64,000 bases of DNA, from contig NIVC01001948.1 in the NCBI GenBank assembly GCA_002269645.1, positions 124,001 to 188,000 of the forward strand, read 5' to 3'. Each line of letters opens with the position of its first letter. Position 1 is the stretch's first letter. Below the pieces are notes generated by a model that was given only the letters and a program-made list of their open reading frames with translations, was not told where the DNA came from and searched no databases. The DNA is from Macrostomum lignano. Lineage: Eukaryota. This document shows positions 24,824 to 36,500 of the stretch, piece after piece. Both the position numbers and the translations under genes were made by a program.

Positions 24824-25699
24824 AGCTACACTGACTCAGTACCAAAGACTCTGTCAGTCGCTGAATACGCCAATATAATTTTTTTAGCTTCTTTCCTCTA
24901 ACAGACTGGCATTGGCTTTTATTCGCTCCTTGCCCAAGGTTTCCTTTTCCGCTCTAAAGAGCAGGAGCAGCAGGAGCACTGGGATGGGGAGCTGAAGCTT
25001 CTTTGGGGATGGGAGAGAACAAGGCAGCTTAAGCCACGGTTTGATAGACAGATCGGAGAGCGCAGGCGATAGGTGAATAACAATAGGTCGCGAGGATGGC
25101 AGACGTGGGTGCAACAATGTAATTTTGGAGGGCCAACTTTTACCCAATTGCTGCTTCTTTAGGCAGAAGCCTATAGAGCTGGTTAATACGCTGCTGGCTT
25201 ACAGTTGATAAGAAATACAGTTGTTCTCAGGCTTGGCACAAAGCTTTGTTGCTTAAGTCAGTAAGGAAGGAACTGCGATGTAGAACAGTGAGAATCTGGC
25301 AATGGTTTCACGCCAGATATAGGCTTGACACACCAGCAGCTATAAGTATAGGTGAGAATTGCGCGGAAACTTTGATCATAAAACTATGCGCCCGTACTTG
25401 CAATGGATGCCTGCCATTGTTCGGACAGATCATATCCAGTGCCGCGCTTGTTAGGTGAATGCGTGAGGACTGTATAGAAAGTTATTGGACAATTCTTTTT
25501 TATACTTCTTCCGTGTAAATATGTGAGCCTCCAGCCTTTTCTACCTCCATATTGATCCCAGTTCCAGTTCATTACTTTTCCCGTGCATATATATACGTTA
25601 CAGTGTATGAGCGTACTTCAGCTCAGAAATCCAGATGGATATTGGATTTACAGCTGTTTTTAGAGAGAAAAAATAGCTACTATAAGTAGTAAGTTATAT

Positions 25700-27257
25700 T
25701 TACAGGACCGAGTGACGCGTGGGCGGGGCGTATGTGGCTCGGCAGTCCCGGGCCAGTGAGTCAGGCCAAGTCACCCTCATCAGCTGTCGCCGCTGTCGTC
25801 TTCGCAGCTGACTCGCTCGGACCAGACGTGGACGACGCATTCGTCGGCTTCGGTGCGGGGGCGGGTGGCTTTGCTGCTGTTGGTTCTCTTGCCGAAGTTT
25901 GCAGAGTCGCAGCCTCTTGTGCGGCTGCCACACCTCTGGATGCTATGACCAAACCCATGACCAAGTAGTTTTGGCTCGGACGGGCGCGTCAGTCTTGATC
26001 GATTTACATTAGTACCTTGTGATGATACCCATTCGGAAACAGGCTTCCGTCGTCTCCGTATTGAATAAAAACACCCTAATCAGATGAGTGGGTGTGTTAC
26101 TAGTTCTGGCTGAAATGCGACTGGCCGAGATGACGTTGAGGCCTAAATCCTCCCGCAGGTGCAGGTGCTTCAAGAATGCCGCCTTCCCGATCTCCACCTG
26201 CACCCCTCGGACCACGAAGGAATGAGTTGTTGAGACCGGTCAGCGGGGGAAGACTGGTCTGGGCTCCGGCCACGTTTTGGGTGGTCTCTGGGACTCTCTG
26301 GGTCTCTGGAACTCTGCGTCTCTGGAACTCTCTGGGTCTCTGGGACTCTCTGGGTCTCTTGTGACTCTCTGGGTCTCTGGGACTCTCTGGGTCTCTGGGA
26401 CTCTCTCGGTCTCTGAGACTCTGGGTCTCTGGAACTCTCTGGGTCTCTGGAACTCTCTGAGTCTTTGGGACTCTCTGGGTCTCTGGAACTCTCTGAGTCT
26501 TTGGGACTCTGGGTCTCTGGAACTCTCTGGGTCTCTGGAACTCTCTGGGTCTTTGGGACTCTCTGAGTCTTTGGGACTCTCTGAGTCTCTGGGACTCTCT
26601 CGGTCTCTGGGACTCTCTCGGTCTCTGGGACTCTCTGGGTCTCTGGGACTCTCTGGGTCTCTGGGACTCTCTGGGTCTCTGGGACTCTCTGGGTCTCTGG
26701 GACTCTCTGGGTCTCTGGGACTCTCTGGGTCTCTGGGACTCTCTCGGTCTCTGGGACTCTCTGGGTGGTCTCTGGGAGTGTGGCAGCTAGGGAAAACCAG
26801 GTACCCAGTCTCAAGACTCATTTCGTGGACATCTGGTAACTGTGGCCCGAGCCGACCCTTGAAAGTTGGCCGCGAGCCACTTTCGGAAGTCGATTTGATT
26901 ACTGTCCTTCTCTATATTGAATACGACAGGTACTACTCTAGCTGGCCTTGGAATTCGCCGCTGTGGCGTAGGAGCCGCCGTTGCCGCTGCCTCCCTTCCC
27001 GGCGTTGCCGCTCCCGCCTCGCTGGGCCTGGGGTCCGCCTGGCACCGCAGGGCCGGGCGCGCCGGCCGCCCCGACGCAGCAGCCGTCAGGGGACCCAGCG
27101 TAGCAGGGCTGGTGCCTCCCAGGCACTTGTTTGGCGCTTTCTGCTGCTGTTGGGCCTCCGCGCCCCGGGGTGCCAGCGCCAGGGAAATTTTGACACCTTC
27201 CTGGTCGCCGATAGCCGTGACGCTGTGTTTGTATTTTCGCTGGCACGCCCCGGCCAT
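25700..27257 (-). mobile_element. Relic ORF1 (gag-like) of a non-LTR retrotransposon, probably I/Jockey group, containing a minisatellite
   Basis: Segments HSFVVRGVQVEI...PTHLIRVFL...GIITRY and a degenerate knuckle GHGFGHSIQRC resemble LINE ORF1 proteins; frameshifted; no ORF2 recognised. Confidence 0.45.
26284..26770. repeat. 18-bp (2x9-bp) minisatellite CTCTGGGTCTCTGGGACT
   Basis: Direct tandem periodicity; (PETQRV)n artefact ORFs. Confidence 0.95.
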
Positions 27258-27794
27258 GATGATGAACTATGAAAAATAACGAAGTGTTCCAAGGGTCCGA
27301 TCCTTTCTCTTTACTTGAATAGAAATCCATAAAAAATTTGTCAATTCCAACTACTAACATTTCCCTAGCCTGAACTACTTCAAGTAGTGTAAAAGCAAGT
27401 CTACTTGCATGATATATTATTCATTGGTACGGTTTAGGAATTATGCAGCCAATGCTATATACGAGTATCAGATGTCCAGCTAATTTTATGCTTGCATGCA
27501 ATTGTTTTTATACTTGCACGTTTCTGAGCCGGGTGATTGTAAAACCATGGCTCTGCTCACATGCGCCCGTAATATTAAGATATTCCCGACTTTTGGAACT
27601 CTTGTAGCAACTACTTACAGTAATAGCCGGGGCTGTTGCCCCCAGGACCCCGGATTCTGCACGCAATGGCGTGGTGAACTATCTGTGCAGTATGAAACTG
27701 GTATGGCCCTTATCCCAGCCAGCGATACTCACACCTACCTCCCCTGGCGGGCTGATAGCTCAAGAGACTCCGTCTCCTGAATTTCACCTGCAAG

Positions 27795-27865
27795 GCGCAC
27801 TACGAAGGGTACTCGTCCCGTGGGTGTTATGGCAGGCCTTCTTGGGCCTTGCCGAGCTGATTCGT
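27795..27865 (+). ncRNA. Candidate HDV-like self-cleaving ribozyme in the LINE 5' UTR
   Basis: Hand-fitted: P2 ACGAA/TTCGT, P3 GGG/CCC, L3 TACTCGT, P1.1 AC/GT, P4 GGCAGGCC/GGCCTTGCC, J4/2 G-C-T-G-A; P1 GCGCAC/GTGGGT has one mismatch (alternative 5' strands ACTCAC 27727 or ACCTAC 27733). Confidence 0.62.
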
Positions 27866-28512
27866 TGGCGCCGGATCCTGGTGTGACCATATAAACGCAC
27901 CCTCTAATGTCCCAGTGTAACTCTGTGCTGATGGACGCTTGGCCAGGGAGTAGTCTGGTCGCTAACGGTTCCCCTTGCGCTTTTGGGTCCCCCGCAGGGT
28001 GGTATTTTGATTTTTGGCGGCCTGCCGCTTGGTTTGGGGTTGCAGCCTTGCGACTCTTTGCCTGTGTTCTGCAGGAAGTCCCAACTTTTTACTTCCAGCC
28101 AATGGCTTCTAGCCGAAGTAATCAATCGGCTGTGGATGACACAGTGCCTCCGGCCTCTGCTGGGGCCGTGGACTCCGCGGCCATACCATCTGCTACCATC
28201 GGGGACGCCTCGGTGAGACCCGTGGAACCAACTCTGAGCGGTGCCTCCGAGAAGACACCTGCTACTCCAGCTGCCAAGCAGCTGAGCACCACCTCTGGAG
28301 CTGCCCGCCGTCGGCTTAATAAGGCGAGGCGGGCCAAGGAGGGCGGAAGCCTAACCGGCGCCAGGGGCCAACGGCCCGCGGCAGCGGAAGCTTCCCAATC
28401 TGGGGCGATGGCCCTAGACAGCCCACCTGAAGAAGGCTCCACCGACCCCCGGGCCTCCCACGCTGATGCGGCAAAGAGGCAACCGGCAGTTGTCATTCTG
28501 GGGAAGGACGCG

Positions 28513-29451
28513 TGTAGAAATCTCCAAATACGATACGAAGTAAACTACGAGCTACTGTAAGTAGTAACATGAAAATGCGAAAAACTTGAATGCTTTAAAA
28601 TTGCAAATTGTCATACTCTATTTTTAAGATCATGAATACAACATATGATGAGGTATGAATCAAATTACAACGTATGATGAAATATGAATCACGATTACAA
28701 CCATGATGAAATATGAAGAAATCTGAGCAAATTTACTAATAATATACCAAAATTTGACTATAAATACAAAGCACAATCCGAGCTGAAATCTCAGACTCGG
28801 AGCAAGCCTCAAGACATTTTGAGCTTACTGCAGAAGCAACTCGAGGCTACATCTCTGAGGGAGAAGTAAACCAATCGGTGAGCCTTTGTTCGAGCCTTTG
28901 GTATTTGGATTACTGAGAGCGATTTTATTGCCGGCCGTTATTGTTGATCAGTTGATTTTACTAAGTCCATTGAATTTGAGGCCTCCCATTTTCCTAAGGG
29001 ACTGGATAGGATCTGCGGACCGATTTCGATACCCTTAGAGGATTATTGATTGTTTATTAGGATTATCCTAGATTAACCGGTAGGAGCACACTAGTCCGAT
29101 TCTGTTACTTCTAGAAGAAGACGCCCCTTTTGGAGGACCTCGTGTTAGAAGTTGTTTTTTTAGGGCGCACTATTGATATTGATTTGACACTCGAAAAATA
29201 TATTGATTCCCGCACTCGATGAAATATTGCGACGTCAATTTCACTGTTACGCTCTCACCTTCGGCCGATTCTAGACCTCAAAAAGATTCCTCCGGAGAAA
29301 AAGATTTGAAGAAACGAGCTCGGAGAACCTGCCCTACAACGAAGAGGAGCCCGCACCAGTAAGTGCACTACACCCTATTTTGTTCCCAGGCTTAAAGTGT
29401 CTGGAAGTGGGAGTTTTCGGGTGTCTGATCACCACCCGACCAAACTCTTCA
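28513..29451 (+). mobile_element. Solo LTR, 939 bp, inserted in LINE ORF1
   Basis: TG...CA ends, 4-bp TSD CGCG (Gypsy-like), TATAAATA at 28759, upstream short direct repeats; excision restores the ORF1 frame (ILGKDA|RLSPDQLKQV). Confidence 0.85.
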
Positions 29452-30836
29452 CGCGCGCCTGTCTCCCGACCAGCTGAAGCAGGTGAGAGTTGCCATTGAT
29501 GGCCTCCTGTGGAAGCAAACTTTGAAGGGCACGCCTCTGAACATTCATTCGAATGCGTCGAGGGACTCGTGCCTTCTCATTTGGCCCAGTGATGCTGACT
29601 CGGGTCGGCGGCTCCTTGAGCTGCTGCCCGAGCAGAGCTGGGACCTCAACTTAGCCTTCTGCAGAGAGGACGAGCGCCCCGGACCAAGAGGCATCGAATC
29701 TGGGTTCCGGCCAGGAGCGTCGTTACCTCTGCTGACGAGCTCCGGAAAGGACTGCTAGCAGTCAACCGGGAGCTTCCCGCCGCGGGCCTAGTGGTGCATG
29801 ACACCCTTAAGCGCACCGACGGCACTGGCTTCACAGCCATCCTGGGGCTGTCGGACGCCTGGATGAGGCGCTATCCACACGGCAACTTCATCAACGTCGG
29901 CCTCTGGAAGCTGCGCATCCGCTCCTACGAGGCCGACCCTCCCCGTGGCAGTGAGCAGGGCGGGCGGAATGCTGAGGCAGCCGGGGCCGAGGCGCGAGCT
30001 TCTGCCCAGGCTGCCAAAGCAAACCGCCCCACCCGGCAGCACGGTCGCGCGGGAAAAGCTGAGCGCGCTGCTGAGGGCGGAGGCGACCGACGCCCAGCGC
30101 GCAGCACCAAGCGGCGCGGCTGTACCAGCGCGCAGCTGAGGCGGTCCGCACCACCAAAATCACCAAGCGGAGGCGAGAGGTCGACGGGACGCCTAGGCGC
30201 ACCAGCTCGTCCAGGGAGGGTGGGGACGTCCCAGCTGGGCCCAACCCCTCGCCCATTCCCAATAAACCTGTGCTGGTAGCATCTGCCTATTTCCCAGGCG
30301 ATGCCCCAGTAGTCTGCGACGCGCTAGTCAACCTCATTGACTACGCCGCGTCCCGTCGGTTTGAGCTGCTCATTGCATGGGATGTGAACGCACAGCACCT
30401 GCATTGGGGCAGCAGGAACACCAATAACAGAGGCGAGGAGCTGCTGGCCTGTGTCAGCAGCACAAACCTCAATTTTTCTGTAACGTGGGCAATGCACCAA
30501 CGTTCAATAATGGGCGGTGGGCCGAAGTCATCGACACCACAATCGCTTCACCCGGACTGCTTTCCGCAGTCACGGGCTGGCGAGTGTGGGATGAGGACTC
30601 GCTCACGGACCACCGCTTTATCCGCTTTTGCATTGGGCCGACCAAGGAAAAGCCTAAGGTCACTTGGAGTCGGAACGTCAGGAATACCGATTGGGCCGCC
30701 TTTGGCTCGAAGCTGAGCCGCGGCCTTCGGGATCTTGACCCCCCCCCCAGTGACCTCTCTGACTGCCAGGTGGTGGAGATCTCGCCTCCTCCCTGGGCGG
30801 GGCGATCACCACTGCCTTTGAAGCAGCCTGCCCTCT

Positions 30837-31165
30837 TGTCGCGATTTTCCTAGTCATTTCTTAGTTCACCTTCACTTGTCTCTGTTTACTCTGTTTTCTC
30901 TCTCTCTCTCTGTCGAGCTCAATCTTGTTATTCTTATCTCTCTCTCTCCCTTGCTGCCTTCTGATTGGCTCTCCATTCTCGCCTCTCTCTTCAGTCGCGC
31001 ACTTCACCCCTCTCCTTATTATCTGGAGTCAACCCCCCTCTAAATTGGTCATTTAAATATACTTGTTTGGGCCCTGCGCCCACTTAGCTCGTACTGGCTT
31101 ATCTTAGATTCAATTTAACTCTAATTTAAATATCTCATATTTCAATCGTTAGTATTTTCTCTACA
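30837..31165. mobile_element. Solo LTR, 329 bp, inserted in LINE ORF2
   Basis: TGT...ACA ends, 5-bp TSD CCTCT; excision restores ACPL|KAYKGKKSAPWWNPEL. Confidence 0.82.
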
Positions 31166-33539
31166 CCTCTAAAGGCCTATAAAGGCAAGAAATCTGCTCC
31201 CTGGTGGAACCCAGAGCTCGGGGCCCTTCGGCGCCGAGCCAGGACCCTCCAAAGGCGAGCGCTCAAAACCAAAGACCCATCTGATATAGAGGCCTATACC
31301 CGTGCGATCCACAAGTTTAAGGGCCAAGTCAGAAGGGCCAAGACGGCCAATCGGCACCAATACTGCGAAGGGCTTGAGGGCTCTCGCCCCGTAGCCTGCG
31401 TGGTTAAGGCACTCACGAATGACCGTTTTTCTAAACTCTCTGTTGTGAAGAGACTTGATGGCTCGGTCACAGAGAGCTCTAAAGAGACTCTAGAGCTAAT
31501 GCTCAACAGTTTCTTCCCTAAATCTCCGACTCAGCAGGGCCCGCCTGACCACACCGTGGGAGGGCAAGGCCTAACCAAGTCTATGATCAACAAAGACCGC
31601 ATTATTCGAGCGGCAAGGTCCTTTAACCCGTTCAAGGCGCCTGGGCCCGACGGCATCTACCCAGCGTTCTTGCACGAGGCGGTAAAAAACCACCTCTTCC
31701 TGGACCTGCTCTGTCGTCTCCTCCGAGCTTGTGTGGAGCTGGGCTATGTACCAGTTGCGTGGAGGAAGGCCCGGGTGGTCCTCCGAGGAGTGTGGCGGGC
31801 TCAACATCCTCATGGACTCGATCCCAGCCGCCCTTCTCCTGAGCCAAAGGTATAAGGTCACTATTCAGCCTCGACACGAAGCGAGCGACAGCGCGAGCGA
31901 TTCTGAAGTCCACTGTTACACTGACGGCTCTATGAGGCATGGTCTTTCAGGCTTCGGAGCTTGCGTCTTCTTCAAGGGAGACGTGGTGTGGAGCTTCTCC
32001 TAGCACACTGGGCTTAACTCCAGTGTTTTTCAGAGCGAGGTGCTTTGCCATCAGCTCCTGCGCGGCAGAGCTGCGCCGAAGGCAGCTCAGCGGTCGGAAA
32101 TTTATTTTTCACTCTGACAGCCAAGCAGCCCTTCGAGCCCTCTACCGCTGCACCACCAGCTCCAGGTCCGTCCTGGACTGCAACACCCAGCTCAACGCGG
32201 GCTTGCGCTAGGCAACCAGGTGGAGCTCAGATGGATCCCGGGCCACGCCGGCTTCCTCGGCAACAAGCGCGCTGACCTGCTGGCCAAGGCTGGCTCCGCC
32301 GGCGCGCTGCTGGGGCCGGGCTCGGGAGCCCCCATCCCCGCCTCGGTGATCAACTCCCGCGTTAAGCGCTGGACTGACTCCGAGCATCTCCGCAGGTGGC
32401 ACGACACCCGGAATTGTAGGCAATCCCGTGCGACCGTCCCCTGCCCCTCTCCTCTCCTGCGTAGAGCCCTCCTCAGGCTCAACCGCAGAGACCTCAGAGC
32501 AGTCAGCATGGCCCTCTCCGGGCATGGCTGCTTCTCTCGCCACCGCTTCCTTCAGGGCCAGGTACCCGAGGAGCGGTGCCCCTTCTGCCGCTCAGGCAGT
32601 GAAAATCGAGCACTTTATTACTGCTAGGTTTTCACCAGGGCCAGGCTCACTCACCTCGGGCCAAACCCGGTTCTCTCCGACGTTTGCAGGCCCGAGAGCA
32701 TCCCGCTGCTCGCCCGGTACCTCAGGGACACGGGACGAGCTGATTTCTTCCCCACCGTTGGTGAGGAGGACCGCGCTGCAGGCGAGACCGACGGGTCCCC
32801 CTGAGCGACACCACTTCAACGGAAGTCATTGGTCGCCAGGGGCTAGCGGAATGGGCGGTCCCCTCCGCCTCCTCGCTGCATCCGCCGGACGCCCCCTGCA
32901 GCCAAGTCAAGACTTACAGTAATATTAACAAGCGTACGTCTATGCAAATACATGTGTGCTTTGCAGCAGCAGTTGTGTTTATGCAAATATTTTTCTCACA
33001 AGTGTACAACTACAACTTGTGTGCATGTACATGCACTGCCAACTGATTTCGTATAGTTGATAAGAGTGTATGCATGCACCGTTTGAAACTCTATGAAAGC
33101 GCAGATTTAAGAGAGTTTTGCGTTCTACACTGAAGTCTCTGTGGAACATTACCTCACCTAGATTGCTGTATAAAATACGCACGTATCAAGCGGGTAAGTG
33201 AGAGCTTTTTGTGAGCAAATTTTTATGCCTGAGATCACATGATGTGACGGATAGGTTAAGATAGAACTGCATAATAATAATTATTATTATGAAGTTAGTA
33301 GCCAGGTAGTAAGTATGTAGATGGATGTGTAGATTAGGTAGGCAATGGGTAAATTAGATAGATAAAGGGATATTATCGTAGTTAGTTAATGGTTAAATGG
33401 GTAGAAAATGTATAGATTGGTTAGTTAATGCGTAGATACAGGCTATAATGATATTGGATAAGTGTGTATACAATGCTCTTACAACGATAGGCATCTATTT
33501 GTCTCCAACAGACTTACAACAGCACTAATAATCACTTTA

Positions 33540-36500
33540 ATGGCACTCCTCGTTTGGCCATTGAACAAGCTCTATTGGACAATTTTTCTTATTAGTGTCT
33601 TCACAGTTCTACTGTTTAACGGCAGACTAGTAGTGCAAAGCGAAACTTTATTTTATAATTCGCCATTACGACAAAAAATCTCACTAAATACGCCAAATGT
33701 TCAATGGGCTCTGCGCCGTTCAGATGGTGAGCAATAAATGAAGCATTTACTGTCCCAGTTGATTGATATTCTACAAAATAAATTACACCAAACTTAACAA
33801 CTTTGTAGGTGCGATCTCAGTGCCTGGCTCGGTGCCTGGAGATGTTTACAGCGACTTACGACAGGCTGGGATAATTCCGGATCCCATCACCGAGTTTAAT
33901 GACGTCAAAACGCGTTGGGTTGCCAATGCTAACTGGACCTACGAGGCGAAGTTTTACGGTTAGTGCAGAGCCCGAGAATTTGAAAAGGTGGCCCAGCAAC
34001 TGGAGATCTGGGAGGCTGGCCCAGCAAATGAGGATCTGGGAGGCTGGCCAAGCAACTGAGGATCTGGGAGGCTGGCCCAGCAACTGGAGATCTGGGAGGC
34101 TGGCCCAGCAACTGAGGATCTGGGAGGCTGGCCAAGCAACTGAGGATCTGGGAGGCTGGCCCAGCAACTGGAGATCTGGGAGGCTGGCCCAGCAACTGAG
34201 GATCTGGGAGGCTGGCCAAGCAACTGAGGATCTAGGAGGCTGGCCCAGCAACTGAGGATCTGGGAGGCTGGCCCAGCAACTGGAGATCTGGGAGGCTGGC
34301 CCAGCAACTGAGGATCTGAGAAGCTGGCCCAGCAACTGAGGATCTGAGAAGCTGGCCCAGCAACTGAGGATCTAGGAGGCTGGCCCAGAAACTGAGGATC
34401 TGGGAGGCTGGCCCAGCAACTGAGGATCTGGGAGGCTGGCCCAGCACCTGGAGATATGGGAGGCTGGCCCAGCAACTGAGGGTCTGGGAGGCTGGCCCAG
34501 CAACTGAGGATCTGAGAGGCTGGCCCAGCAACAGAGGATCTGGGAGGCTGGTGATCCAGCAACTGAGGATCTGGGAGGCTGGCGCAGCAACTGAGGATCT
34601 GGGAGGCTGGCCCAGCAACTGAGGATCTGGGAGGCTGGCGCAGCAAATGAGGATCTGGGAGGCTGGTGACCCAGCAACTGAGGATCTGGGAGGCTGGCCC
34701 AGCAACTGAGAATCAGGGAGGCTAGCCCAGCAACTGAGGATCTGGGAGGCTGGCCCAGCAAATGAGGATCTGGGAGGCTGGTGACCCAGCAACTGAGGAT
34801 CTGGGAGGCTGGCTCAGCAACTGAGGATCTAGGAGGCTGGTGACCCAGCAACTGAGGATCTGGGAAGCTGGCCCAGAAACTGAGGATCTAGGAGGCTGGC
34901 CCAGCAACTGAGGATCTGGGAGGCTGGCCCAGCAACTGAAGGTCTGGGAGGCTGGCCCAGCAACTGAGGATCTGGGAGGCTGGTGGCCCAGCAACTGAGG
35001 ATCTGGGAGGCTGGCCCAGCAACTGAGGATCTGGGAGGCTGGCCCAGCAACTGAGGATCTGGGAGGCTGGTGACCCAGCAACTGAGGATCTGGGAGGCTG
35101 GCCCAGCAACTGAGGATCTGGGAGGCTGGCCCAGAAACTGAGGATCTGGGAGGCTGGCCCAGCAACTGAGGATCTGGGAGGCTGGCCCAGCAACTGGAGA
35201 TCTGGGAGGCTGGCCCAGCAACTGAGGGTCTGGGAGTCTGGCCCAGCAACTGAGGATCTGGGAGGCTGGCCCAGCAACTGAGGATCTGGGAGGCTGGCCC
35301 AGCAACTGAGCATCTGGGAGGCTGGTGACCCAGCAACTGAGGTTCTGGGAGGCTGGCGCAGCAAATGAGGATCTGGGAGGCTGGTGACCCAGCAACTGAG
35401 GATCTGGGAGGCTGGCCCAGCAACTGAGGATCTAGGAGGCTGGCCCAGCAACTGAGGATCTGGGAGGCTGGCCCAGCAACTGAAGGTCTGGGAGGCTGGC
35501 CCAGCAACTGAGGATCTGGGAGGCTGGTGGCCCAGCAACTGAGGATCTGGGAGGCTGGCCCAGCAACTGAGGATCTGGGAGGCTGGCCCAGCAACTGAGG
35601 ATCTGGGAGGCTGGTGACCCAGCAACTGAGGATCTGGGAGGCTGGCCCAGCAACTGAGGATCTGGAAGGCTGGCGCAGCAACTGGAGATCTGGGAGGCTG
35701 GCCCAGCAACTGAGGGTCTGGGAGGCTGGCCCAGCAACTGAGGATCTGAGAGGCTGGCCCAGCAACTGAGGATCTGGGAGGCTGGCCCAGCAACTGGAGA
35801 TCTGGGAGGCTGGCCCAGCAACTGAGGATCTGAGAAGCTGGCCCAGCAACTGAGGATCTGAGAAGCTGGCCCAGCAACTGAGGATCTAGGAGGCTGGCCC
35901 AGAAACTGAGGATCTGGGAGGCTGGCCCAGCAACTGAGGATCTGGGAGGCTGGCCCAGCACCTGGAGATATGGGAGGCTGGCCCAGCAACTGAGGGTCTG
36001 GGAGGCTGGCCCAGCAACTGAGGATCTGAGAGGCTGGCCCAGCAACAGAGGATCTGGGAGGCTGGTGATCCAGCAACTGAGGATCTGGGAGGCTGGCGCA
36101 GCAACTGAGGATCTGGGAGGCTGGCCCAGCAACTGAGGATCTGGGAGGCTGGCGCAGCAAATGAGGATCTGGGAGGCTGGTGACCCAGCAACTGAGGATC
36201 TGGGAGGCTGGCCCAGCAACTGAGAATCAGGGAGGCTAGCCCAGCAACTGAGGATCTGGGAGGCTGGCCCAGCAAATGAGGATCTGGGAGGCTGGTGACC
36301 CAGCAACTGAGGATCTGGGAGGCTGGCTCAGCAACTGAGGATCTAGGAGGCTGGTGACCCAGCAACTGAGGATCTGGGAAGCTGGCCCAGAAACTGAGGA
36401 TCTAGGAGGCTGGCCCAGCAACTGAGGATCTGGGAGGCTGGCCCAGCAACTGAAGGTCTGGGAGGCTGGCCCAGCAACTGAGGATCTGGGAGGCTGGTGG

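Larger units (their letters stand above)
27626..32911 (+). mobile_element. LOA/R1-group non-LTR retrotransposon with RNase H, both ends present, internally deleted and decayed
   Basis: 13-bp TSD ACTTACAGTAATA (27613-27625 / 32912-32924); ORF1 with SGAARRRL; APE C-half (SAYFPGD, DVNAQHLHWGS, TDH); KAPGPDGI; RNase H (YTDGS, VFQSE, SDSQAAL, WIPGH, GNKRAD); C-terminal CPFC; the RT core is missing. Confidence 0.9.

Noticed and set aside
24840-25600. Retroelement pol fragment on the minus strand
   Set aside because: A sparsely stopped frame exists but no diagnostic motif could be identified
32845-32911. Second HDV-like ribozyme around GCCTCCTCGCTGC
   Set aside because: The loop matches HDV L3 but P3 is incomplete and no P2 partner follows
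32930-33182. C2H2 zinc-finger exon
   Set aside because: Cys/His spacing is wrong, the frame has stops, and no splice partners were found
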